Program-made: the position numbers and the translations under genes
Shown: in pieces, positions 31,551-39,160 of the stretch
Position numbering within the stretch: the stretch's first letter is position 1
Layout of the letters: each line of letters opens with the position of its first letter
DNA from: Gemmatimonadales bacterium
Lineage (GTDB): Bacteria; Gemmatimonadota; Gemmatimonadetes; Gemmatimonadales; GWC2-71-9
Length of the DNA: 64,000 bases
NCBI GenBank assembly: GCA_049680185.1
Contig: JBAUHI010000086.1
Coordinates: 13,231 to 77,230, forward strand
Direction: 5' to 3'
Notes under the pieces: model-generated
What the model was told of the DNA's origin: nothing
Databases searched by the model: none
Seen by the model: the letters and a program-made list of their open reading frames with translations, nothing else

Positions 31551-31826
31551 ATGACCGGCCACGTGTTCCACCCGGGGCACCACGAACTCCACGGAGTCAC
31601 CGTGGTGGTTGATGCCGGTGCCCGCACCTTCGTTGGCCGCTTCGACAAGGTGGAGGAGGGAATGGTGCAGCTCCTCAACGTTGGCGTGCATGATTCGACC
31701 GCCACGCCACGGGACGAGTTCCTCCGAAAGAGCCACAAGTTCGGCGTCCGGGTGGATCTCAAACACCTCGCCCTTCCCGAGGCCGAGGTCCGCTCTCTGG
31801 TTCCGCTGGCCGAACTCACGACGTAG
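31551..31826 (+). CDS. hypothetical small protein, His-rich N-terminus
   Basis: MTGHVFHPGHHELHGVTVVVDAGARTFVGRFDKVEEGMVQLLNVGVH... The start lies 1 nt after the bacilliredoxin stop. GC3-rich codons. No family recognised. Confidence 0.55.
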   Translation: MTGHVFHPGHHELHGVTVVVDAGARTFVGRFDKVEEGMVQLLNVGVHDSTATPRDEFLRKSHKFGVRVDLKHLALPEAEVRSLVPLAELTT

Positions 31827-31951
31827 CTTGGCAGTGCTCGTGGCCCAGAACGGGGCGGCACGCGCCGCCCCGTTCTCTTGTGTTCCGGGGTGAAACAACC
31901 GATCCGGCTCCCGCGTACGCCGCTCTGTCCCCTTCCCTGACCTGGAGTCCT

Positions 31952-32911
31952 ATGTCCGAGCCTGTCATCGTCGTGGAACGGGTGACCAAACGATTCGCTG
32001 GTCACACCGCGGTCCGGGACCTTTCGCTGACCGTGCCCAAGGGCGGGATCTTCGGGCTTCTGGGCCCCAACGGAGCCGGGAAGAGCACCAGCATCCGGAT
32101 GATGCTCGACATCATCGAGCCCGAAGAAGGCAAGATCTCGATCCTCGGCGGTGCGCTCGGCGCGCGGGACCTGTCGAAGCGCATCGGATTCCTTCCCGAG
32201 GAGCGCGGTCTCTACAAGAAGATGAAGGTGCTGGACCAGCTCGTGTTCATGGGCGAGATCCGCGGTCTCTCCGCCAGTCACGCACGCGAGCGTGCCGCTT
32301 GGTGGCTGGGCCAGCTGGGGCTCGGCGCCTGGATGACCAAGAAGATCGAGGACCTCTCCAAGGGCATGCAGCAGAAGGTCCAGTTCGCTGGCGCCCTGGT
32401 GCACGACCCGGAACTGCTGATCCTGGATGAGCCGTTCAGCGGCCTGGATCCGGTCAATTCGCAGATCCTGGAGGAGACCGTGGTGCAGCTGTCCCGGAGC
32501 GGGCACACCATTCTCTTCTCAACGCACAACATGGAGCAGGCCGAGAAGATGTGTGATCGGGTCGTGATCATCGCACGGGGGCAGAAAGTGGTGGATGGGT
32601 CGGTGGCGGAGGTGAAGGCGGGGTATGGCGATCGCTATGTGGCGCTGGCGTTCACGCACGATCGCGCTGCGGCCGATCGGATCCTGGCGGACCGTTCACT
32701 CGTCGCGAGCGTCAAGGACGATGGGGCCTCGGCGGAGGTCGAACTGGCGGCGGGCGCCTCGGGTGAGACGCTGCTGCGGACGCTGGTCCAGGCCGGCGTC
32801 GGATTGAGCCGCTTCGAAGTCGTCTCCCCTTCCCTGCGCACCATCTTCATTGCCAAGGTCGGCGCCGATGCAGCAACGGCCCCGGCATCGGAGGCACCGA
32901 CCCATGCATAA
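31952..32911 (+). CDS. ABC transporter ATP-binding protein (ABC-2/NatA-like)
   Basis: Walker A GPNGAGKST, signature LSKGMQQKV and Walker B LILDEPFSGLD. I trimmed the start to ATG 31952. Confidence 0.9.
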   Translation: MSEPVIVVERVTKRFAGHTAVRDLSLTVPKGGIFGLLGPNGAGKSTSIRMMLDIIEPEEGKISILGGALGARDLSKRIGFLPEERGLYKKMKVLDQLVFMGEIRGLSASHARERAAWWLGQLGLGAWMTKKIEDLSKGMQQKVQFAGALVHDPELLILDEPFSGLDPVNSQILEETVVQLSRSGHTILFSTHNMEQAEKMCDRVVIIARGQKVVDGSVAEVKAGYGDRYVALAFTHDRAAADRILADRSLVASVKDDGASAEVELAAGASGETLLRTLVQAGVGLSRFEVVSPSLRTIFIAKVGADAATAPASEAPTHA

Positions 32912-34220
32912 ACTTGCCGCGATCATTCGGAGAGAGTTCCTCGCGCGGGTCCGCACCAAGGCGTTCCTGATCAGCACCCTGCTCGGGCCCATCTTCTTCA
33001 TTGCGATCTTTGCGTTGCCGATCCTGATCCTCGGCAAGGGATCGGAAAAGATCGACCTGGTCGTGCTCGATGCCGCCAGAGGCGATCTGGGCCAGCGTGT
33101 TTCGAATGCAATATCGCAAGTCAATGTCACTAAAGCAGATACATCACATTCCATGTACAATGTAACCCGGGTCGCGACTCCACCGGACCGGCTCATTGCG
33201 GTGCGGGATTCCCTGGTCAAACTAGTCGATGTGGCCGGGGCCGGTGCCGCAAGATATGATGGGATCCTGGTGGTCACCGATTCTGGATTCCTGCAAGGTC
33301 GGCTCGACTACCTCGGCTCGAATGTGAGCAGCATGCAGGATATGGAAGGCCTGCAGCGGTTGCTACGGGGGGTCGTGCTGCAGGAACGGCTCGTCCAGGC
33401 CGGGGTGACCCCGGAGTCTGCGAAGCTTGCGGAGGCTACATTCGACATGAACACCATGAAGATCACCCATGGCGCGCTTACTGGTGAGAGCGGTGAGATG
33501 GCGTTCATGGTGGGCTATGTGATGTCGTTCATCTTGTACTTCGCGATCCTGATCTCCGGGATCCAGATCATGAGCGCTGTGGTGGAGGAGAAATCCACCA
33601 GGATCATGGAAGTGCTGATCTCAAGCGTCACGCCATTCTACCTCTTGCTTGGCAAGGTGATCGGGGTAGGGGGGGCGGTGCTGCTGCAACTGGCCATCTG
33701 GGCTGGAAGCGGCACCGTATTGAGCGTGTTCCGGGGGCCGATCGCAGGATCGATGGGAGTGCCGGCGCAACAGGCCGCCAACATCTCGATGCCCACGATC
33801 TCCCCGAACATGCTGATCATCCTCCTCGCGTTCTTCCTGCTCGGGTTCTTCCTGTTCGCGTCCGCCTATGCTGCGGTCGGCTCGATGTGCAACTCCACCC
33901 AGGAGACCCAGCAGTTCGCGCAACCACTGACGATCATGGTCCTGGTCGGGTTCTTCGGGGCGTTGGCCGCGATCAAGCACCCCGATGCGCCTGCCGCGCG
34001 GATCATGAGCTTTATCCCGTTCACATCGCCGTTCGTGGTCCCGGTCCGGTATGCGATATCGCCACTGCCATGGACCGAAGTCATAGCGTCGATGCTGGTG
34101 ACGCTGGCTGGAGGTCTGGCGGTCGTCTGGATAGCTGGCAGGATCTATAGGATCGGCGTCCTCGCGTACGGCAAGCGGCCAACCCCAAAGGAGATCTTCC
34201 GCTGGATCCGAGCTGGCTGA
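32904..34220 (+). CDS. ABC-2 family transporter permease (NatB-like)
   Basis: N-terminal TM, a large extracytoplasmic loop, then 5 C-terminal TM helices. The ATG overlaps the ATPase stop by 8 nt. Lower GC than the neighbours. Confidence 0.8.
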   Translation: MHKLAAIIRREFLARVRTKAFLISTLLGPIFFIAIFALPILILGKGSEKIDLVVLDAARGDLGQRVSNAISQVNVTKADTSHSMYNVTRVATPPDRLIAVRDSLVKLVDVAGAGAARYDGILVVTDSGFLQGRLDYLGSNVSSMQDMEGLQRLLRGVVLQERLVQAGVTPESAKLAEATFDMNTMKITHGALTGESGEMAFMVGYVMSFILYFAILISGIQIMSAVVEEKSTRIMEVLISSVTPFYLLLGKVIGVGGAVLLQLAIWAGSGTVLSVFRGPIAGSMGVPAQQAANISMPTISPNMLIILLAFFLLGFFLFASAYAAVGSMCNSTQETQQFAQPLTIMVLVGFFGALAAIKHPDAPAARIMSFIPFTSPFVVPVRYAISPLPWTEVIASMLVTLAGGLAVVWIAGRIYRIGVLAYGKRPTPKEIFRWIRAG

Positions 34221-34240
34221 CCGCACTCCGGGTCTAGACC

Positions 34241-34274
34241 AGAACCCCAGCGATACAGCTGGGGTTCTGCGTTT
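34241..34274 (+). terminator. rho-independent-like terminator
   Basis: Stem AGAACCCCAGC / GCTGGGGTTCT with a 6-nt loop, followed by GCGTTT. Confidence 0.6.
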
Positions 34275-34322
34275 CAGGGTGTTCGCGCGCCCCGGTAGTG
34301 CAAGAGCGTGACCAACCCCCCA

Positions 34323-34338
34323 TGTTTCACGTGAAACA
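34323..34338. promoter_or_regulatory. parS centromere site
   Basis: TGTTTCACGTGAAACA is a perfect 16-bp palindrome matching the canonical parS consensus TGTTNCACGTGAAACA. It lies 122 bp upstream of parA. Confidence 0.85.
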
Positions 34339-34460
34339 GGTGGTATCGGTTGGCCTTCTCTTATTGGAACCGGTATATTGGTGCAATAGGCTCATCATTC
34401 CACTGTTGTACTACACAGTTGTGCTTAACATAACTAATTGCAATAGAAAGACATATACAC

Positions 34461-35267
34461 ATGTCGAGGGTCATTGCGATTGCCAACCAGAAGGGCGGGG
34501 TGGGGAAGACCACTACCGCGGTGAATCTGGCGGCCTCTTTGGCGATCAGCGAGCGGCGCACCCTGCTCATCGACGCGGATCCGCAGGGCAACGGCACCAG
34601 TGGTGTCGGTATCGCGCGGAACTCGATCCGGTACTCGCTGTATGACTCGCTCATCGACGGCCGGCCCGCGTCGGACGCGATCATCCCGCATCCCCTGTTG
34701 CAGCACCTCTCGGTGTTGCCGGCGACGCAGGATCTCGTCGGTGCGGAACTCGAGATGGTCGAGCGTCCCGATCGGGAGACCACCCTGCGTCGGGTGCTGG
34801 AGCCGATCCGAGGCGAATACGAGTTCGTGCTGGTGGACTGCCCGCCCTCCTTGGGGCTCATCACTCTCAACGTGCTGACCGCGGCGGATGGCGTCCTCAT
34901 CCCGATCCAGTGCGAGTATTACGCGCTCGAGGGGATCAGCCAGCTGCTCAACACGATCAACCTGGTGCAGCAGAACTTCAATCCGACGCTCCAGATCGAC
35001 GGCGTGCTCCTCACGATGTACGATCAGCGGCTCAACCTGTCGCGTCAGGTGGCGGACGAAGCGCGGGAATACTTCGGCCCGAAGGTCATACGCGCAGCGG
35101 TGCCCCGGAACATCCGCCTGGCCGAGGCGCCGAGCTTCGGGAAGCCGATCCTCCTCTATGACGTGCAGTCGGTCGGGGCCAAGAGCTACCTGGCTGCCGC
35201 GCAGGAGTTGATGAAGCGCGTAGGCACCCCCGCTGCGGCCGGCCGGGATCGGGAGGTGACCAAGTGA
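34461..35267 (+). CDS. parA: chromosome partitioning ATPase ParA/Soj
   Basis: Deviant Walker [19 protein letters not shown] and overall Soj-like sequence. Confidence 0.95.
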   Translation: MSRVIAIANQKGGVGKTTTAVNLAASLAISERRTLLIDADPQGNGTSGVGIARNSIRYSLYDSLIDGRPASDAIIPHPLLQHLSVLPATQDLVGAELEMVERPDRETTLRRVLEPIRGEYEFVLVDCPPSLGLITLNVLTAADGVLIPIQCEYYALEGISQLLNTINLVQQNFNPTLQIDGVLLTMYDQRLNLSRQVADEAREYFGPKVIRAAVPRNIRLAEAPSFGKPILLYDVQSVGAKSYLAAAQELMKRVGTPAAAGRDREVTK

Positions 35268-36136
35268 CGGACCGTCGTCTGGGTCGCGGGCTCGAAGCCC
35301 TGCTCGGCCCGGTCAATCGCGAGCAGGCCGAGAAGTCAGGGGCGCTTCGTGAGGTCCCGGTGGCGAGCGTCCGACCCAACCCCTTTCAACCTCGGAAGAA
35401 GATCGATGATGCCGAGCTCACCGAGCTCGCCGATTCGATCGCAGCGTCGGGGCTGCTGCAGCCGGTGGTGGTGCGGGCGGTCGCGGGCGGCCAGTTCGAG
35501 TTGATCGCCGGCGAGCGGCGGTGGCGCGCCATCCAGCGGCTCGGTTGGAAGACGCTGCCGGTGGTGGTCAAGGAGGCCGACGACCGCACGCTGCTCACGC
35601 TGGCCATCGTCGAGAACATCCAGCGTTCCGACCTCTCGCCGTTGGAAGAGGCGGCGAGCTACCAGCGGCTCATCGAGGAATTCCAGTCCACCCAGGCCGA
35701 TGTGGCCCGGCTGGTGGGGCGTGATCGGTCGACGGTGGCCAACGCACTCCGCCTGCTGCGGCTGCCTGCGGACGTGCGCGAGATGGTCGATGATCGTCGG
35801 CTTACCGAGGGACACGCCCGCGCACTCCTCGCCGTGGCCGATCCGCGCCAACTGCTGGCCCTCGCCCGGCAGGCGATCCTCAGCAGCTGGTCGGTGCGCG
35901 AACTGGAGGCGCGGGTCCGCGGCGAGCGTCCCGCGTCCAAGCGCCCCAAGGCCGGGCCCCGTGTCGCGAGTGCCGACGCCAAGCGGGTCGAGGAGCAACT
36001 CCGGGCCCACCTCGGCACTGAAGTGCGCCTGACCACGCGGCGGCGCGGACGCGGATTTCTCACGCTCAACTATTACTCCAACGACGATCTTGCCCGGCTC
36101 CTCGAACGGATCCTCGGCAGGCCGTTCGACGGATGA
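35264..36136 (+). CDS. parB: chromosome partitioning protein ParB/Spo0J
   Basis: ParB box PNPFQPRK and GERRWRA, and an HTH region. The GTG overlaps the parA stop. Confidence 0.95.
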   Translation: MTDRRLGRGLEALLGPVNREQAEKSGALREVPVASVRPNPFQPRKKIDDAELTELADSIAASGLLQPVVVRAVAGGQFELIAGERRWRAIQRLGWKTLPVVVKEADDRTLLTLAIVENIQRSDLSPLEEAASYQRLIEEFQSTQADVARLVGRDRSTVANALRLLRLPADVREMVDDRRLTEGHARALLAVADPRQLLALARQAILSSWSVRELEARVRGERPASKRPKAGPRVASADAKRVEEQLRAHLGTEVRLTTRRRGRGFLTLNYYSNDDLARLLERILGRPFDG

Positions 36137-36924
36137 TGGCACAGAAGGACAACGTCACGATCATGATCCACCGGGACGGTGCCGTCGAATCGACGTCGTT
36201 CCGGCTTCCGGGTTGGCTCGCCCGGATCCTTGTGGTGTCGGGCGTCGTGCTCGGGGCCGCGATCATCCTCGGTATCGCGTCTTACGTCCCGGTGGCGCGC
36301 ACCGCCGCCGAGGTCCCGGGTCTCCGGCGACGGGTCGCCGATCTCGAGACCGAGAACGGGAAGATCCGGGAGCTCGCCGCGGCGCTGGACAGCGCCGAGG
36401 CCCACTATGCGACGGTGCGCTCGATGATCGGCGGCGACATCGTTCCCCGGGCTCGCCAGGCGGGGGGAACGCTCCCGGCAGCGCCACCGTTGGCCGCCTT
36501 GGCGCCAGACGCGGTACCTGCAGGACCAGCACCGGTGGTGCCGGCCCGCTGGCCACTGGATGAGCCCGGATACGTGACCCGTGGGCAGGTCGGCAGCGGC
36601 ACCGCCGATGAAGCACACCCCGGGATCGACATCGCCGTCCCGGAAGGGACATTGGTGCGCGCATCGGCGTCGGGAAGCGTCGTCGAGTCGGGGGTCGATC
36701 CGCAATACGGGAACTTCGTGCTGTTGCAGCACGAGGAGGATTACCAGACGATGTACGGACATCTCTCCCGGATACTGGCGCGCACGGGCGCCCAGGTCCA
36801 GGCCGGCCAGGTCATCGGTCTGTCGGGGAGTACCGGGCGCTCCAGCGCGCCGCATTTGCACTTCGAGATCCGGCGCGACGGGAGCAGCATCGATCCGACC
36901 ACGATGGTGAAAGAGGGGGGCTGA
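36133..36924 (+). CDS. M23/LytM-family metallopeptidase, membrane-anchored
   Basis: HPGIDIA...GNFVLLQH...HLHFEI zinc-ligand pattern. N-terminal TM and a coiled segment. The ATG overlaps the parB stop. Confidence 0.9.
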   Translation: MMAQKDNVTIMIHRDGAVESTSFRLPGWLARILVVSGVVLGAAIILGIASYVPVARTAAEVPGLRRRVADLETENGKIRELAAALDSAEAHYATVRSMIGGDIVPRARQAGGTLPAAPPLAALAPDAVPAGPAPVVPARWPLDEPGYVTRGQVGSGTADEAHPGIDIAVPEGTLVRASASGSVVESGVDPQYGNFVLLQHEEDYQTMYGHLSRILARTGAQVQAGQVIGLSGSTGRSSAPHLHFEIRRDGSSIDPTTMVKEGG

Positions 36925-37280
36925 TGGCAGTCACCAACGGCAGAACCGAATCCGCCACGCTGTCCATCATCGCCGCCGGCACGGTCGTGACCGGGGACGT
37001 GATCACCGAAGGCGTGTTGAAGGTCGAAGGACAGGTGATCGGGAATGTCCGGGCCGCTCAGCAGCTGCTGGTGGCACGGGGTGGTTCGGTGCAGGGCAAT
37101 ATCGAGACCGGTCAGGCGGTCATCGGGGGCCTGGTGAGCGGAAATGTGACCGCCGGCGATCGGGTCGAGATCCAGGGGGCCGCGTCGGTCGAAGGGGATA
37201 TCATCGCCAAGCGGCTGGTGGTATTGGAGGGGGGGCGGCTCAATGGCTCGCTCGAAATGAGGACCGAACCGGCTGCCTGA
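36924..37280 (+). CDS. bactofilin (DUF583) cytoskeletal protein
   Basis: Repetitive beta-helix pattern G.V.GDV...G.V.GNV... throughout. The ATG overlaps the M23 stop by 1 nt. Confidence 0.9.
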   Translation: MAVTNGRTESATLSIIAAGTVVTGDVITEGVLKVEGQVIGNVRAAQQLLVARGGSVQGNIETGQAVIGGLVSGNVTAGDRVEIQGAASVEGDIIAKRLVVLEGGRLNGSLEMRTEPAA

Positions 37281-37396
37281 ACTGGTGGCCGGACCTTCCA
37301 CAAAAGTTGAAAAACAGGCCAAGTTTGTGGATATCAACCGCTTAGGACATGTGCTTCCCACTGTGTTTCACGGCAGATGAGGCAAATTCCTATACA

Positions 37397-38374
37397 ATGA
37401 AATCATTGTCACCTCTGTGTATCGTCACTGTCTTTACAGTGTTCTCTGGGTGTGCTGGGCACTCGAAGCCGCTCGGTTTTCGGGTCGGTCTGGTCACTCC
37501 GGGATCGATCGCCGATGCCGCTTGGAACAGCGGCGCGTATCGTGGGCTGCGACAGATCTCCGACTCGCTCCACGTGCAGGTGAGCAACGTGGAAGCGGGC
37601 TCGCCGGGCGCGCAGGAGGAAGCCCTGCGCAGTTACGCCGCCCAGGGTTACCAGCTGGTGTTCGCCCACGGGTTCGAGTTCCAGGGCGCCGCCGAACGGG
37701 TGTCGCAAGACTACCCCAATGCGGTCTTCATCATCACCTCCGGCGAACGCCAGGTCGGGAACGTCGCGCCCTTGGTGTTCCGGATCGAGGAGGCCACCTA
37801 CCTCGCTGGGATGGTGGCCGGTGGGATGACCAAGACGGACAAGATCGGGTTCATCGGTGGCATCGAATTGCCGCCGATCAAGCGCGGCTACGAGGGCTGG
37901 TCTCGCGGGGCCCGCGCGATGGACCCCAAGGTCGAGAGCCGAGTGATCTATCTCAACAGCTTTGACGATGCCGCGGCCGGGCGCGAGGCCGCCATCCAGT
38001 TGATGGGCCTGGGTGTCGACATGTTGCACCACAACGCCGATGCCGCCGCGCTGGGTGTCTTCCAGGCGGTGAAGGATCGGCCCGGGGTCTACATCTTCGG
38101 CGCCAACGCCGATCAGCACGAACTGGCGCCGGGCCACGTGCTCGGGTCGGCAGTCATCGATCTTCCCCGCGCCATGCTTCTGGTGGCGCGCGAGGTCCAC
38201 GATGGCCGGTTCACACCGCACGTGGAGTCGTTCGGTCTGGCGAGCGGCGTCGTCAAGTACGTTCCCGACCCGGCCCTGGCCGACCGGGTCCCCGCAACCG
38301 TGGCGCGTCGGGTGGCTGCCGCGGGAGACTCGATCGCCGCAGGGACGCTCATCCCGGTCCCGGATCCCAATTGA
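37397..38374 (+). CDS. BMP-family (PnrA/Med-like) ABC substrate-binding lipoprotein
   Basis: Lipobox VFSGC, and BMP-family motifs (DAAWNSGAYRGL, GYQLVFAHGFEF, IGFIGGIELPPI). The start is ATG 37397. Confidence 0.85.
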   Translation: MKSLSPLCIVTVFTVFSGCAGHSKPLGFRVGLVTPGSIADAAWNSGAYRGLRQISDSLHVQVSNVEAGSPGAQEEALRSYAAQGYQLVFAHGFEFQGAAERVSQDYPNAVFIITSGERQVGNVAPLVFRIEEATYLAGMVAGGMTKTDKIGFIGGIELPPIKRGYEGWSRGARAMDPKVESRVIYLNSFDDAAAGREAAIQLMGLGVDMLHHNADAAALGVFQAVKDRPGVYIFGANADQHELAPGHVLGSAVIDLPRAMLLVAREVHDGRFTPHVESFGLASGVVKYVPDPALADRVPATVARRVAAAGDSIAAGTLIPVPDPN

Positions 38375-39126
38375 CCGCCGCCACCCTCGCCACGATCACC
38401 GCGTGGCTCGATGCGTACCTCCGGATCACAGACGCGCCGGACAGCCCGAATGCGCTGAACGGGCTTCAGGTCGAGAACAGCGGCTCCATCAAGCGGCTGG
38501 TGGCAGCGGTCGACGCGAGCCTCGCGACATTCAAGGGTCTCCACCGCGGCGACCTCCTCCTGGTCCACCACGGCATGTTCTGGGACGGAAATCAGCCGAT
38601 CACCGAACGCCGCTACCGGCGGCTCAAGCTCCTGCTCGACACCGACGCCGCGCTCTACTCGGCCCACATCCCGCTCGATCTCCACCCGGAGGTCGGCAAC
38701 AATGTTCTGCTCGCGAACGCGCTCGACGTGAAGGTCACGGGGCGCTTCGGATCGTATCAGGGAGTGCCTATCGGGGTGTGCGGCGATCTCGCGATCGATC
38801 GGACCGCGCTGGTCGCTCGGCTGGGCTCGCTGCTTCAAGTCTCGCCGACGCTCATTGCCGGCGGTCCGGCGCAGGTGGCTCGGGTCGCCGTGGTGACGGG
38901 TGCGGGTGGCGGCATGGTACAGGAAGCCAAAGCTGCCGGGTGTGACACGCTCATCACCGGAGAAGGCGCCCACCATACCTACTTCGATGCAACTGAGTTG
39001 GGGGTCAACCTGGTGTATGCCGGTCATTACGCCACTGAGACACTGGGCGTGAAAGCGTTGGCCGAGAAGACCGCCCGGCAGTTCGGCCTGCCGTGGGAAT
39101 TCCACGACCACCAGACGGGCCTGTGA
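38371..39126 (+). CDS. Nif3-like dinuclear metal centre protein (YbgI/GTP cyclohydrolase I type 2 family)
   Basis: NGLQVEN, LLLVHHGMFW, YSAHIPLDLHPEVGNN and ITGEGAHH motifs. The TTG start overlaps the upstream stop (TTGA). Confidence 0.85.
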   Translation: MTAATLATITAWLDAYLRITDAPDSPNALNGLQVENSGSIKRLVAAVDASLATFKGLHRGDLLLVHHGMFWDGNQPITERRYRRLKLLLDTDAALYSAHIPLDLHPEVGNNVLLANALDVKVTGRFGSYQGVPIGVCGDLAIDRTALVARLGSLLQVSPTLIAGGPAQVARVAVVTGAGGGMVQEAKAAGCDTLITGEGAHHTYFDATELGVNLVYAGHYATETLGVKALAEKTARQFGLPWEFHDHQTGL

Positions 39127-39160
39127 TCCGCCGGGCTGTTGGCCCGAAACCCTCCCGCAC

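Noticed and set aside
37298-37334. DnaA-box-like TGTGGATAT (37326-37334, 8/9 match to TGTGGATAA) and the inverted repeat CCACAAA ... TTTGTGG in the AT-rich spacer after the bactofilin gene: possible oriC?
   Set aside because: There is only one near-consensus box, no cluster, no obvious unwinding element, and the spacer is only 116 bp. It is more likely the promoter region of the BMP transporter operon.
37364-37372. Second parS? TGTTTCACG half-site
   Set aside because: Only the left half matches. The right half (GCAGATG) does not complete the palindrome. Other GTGAAAC half-sites (near 22248, 31892 and 46334) also lack partners.
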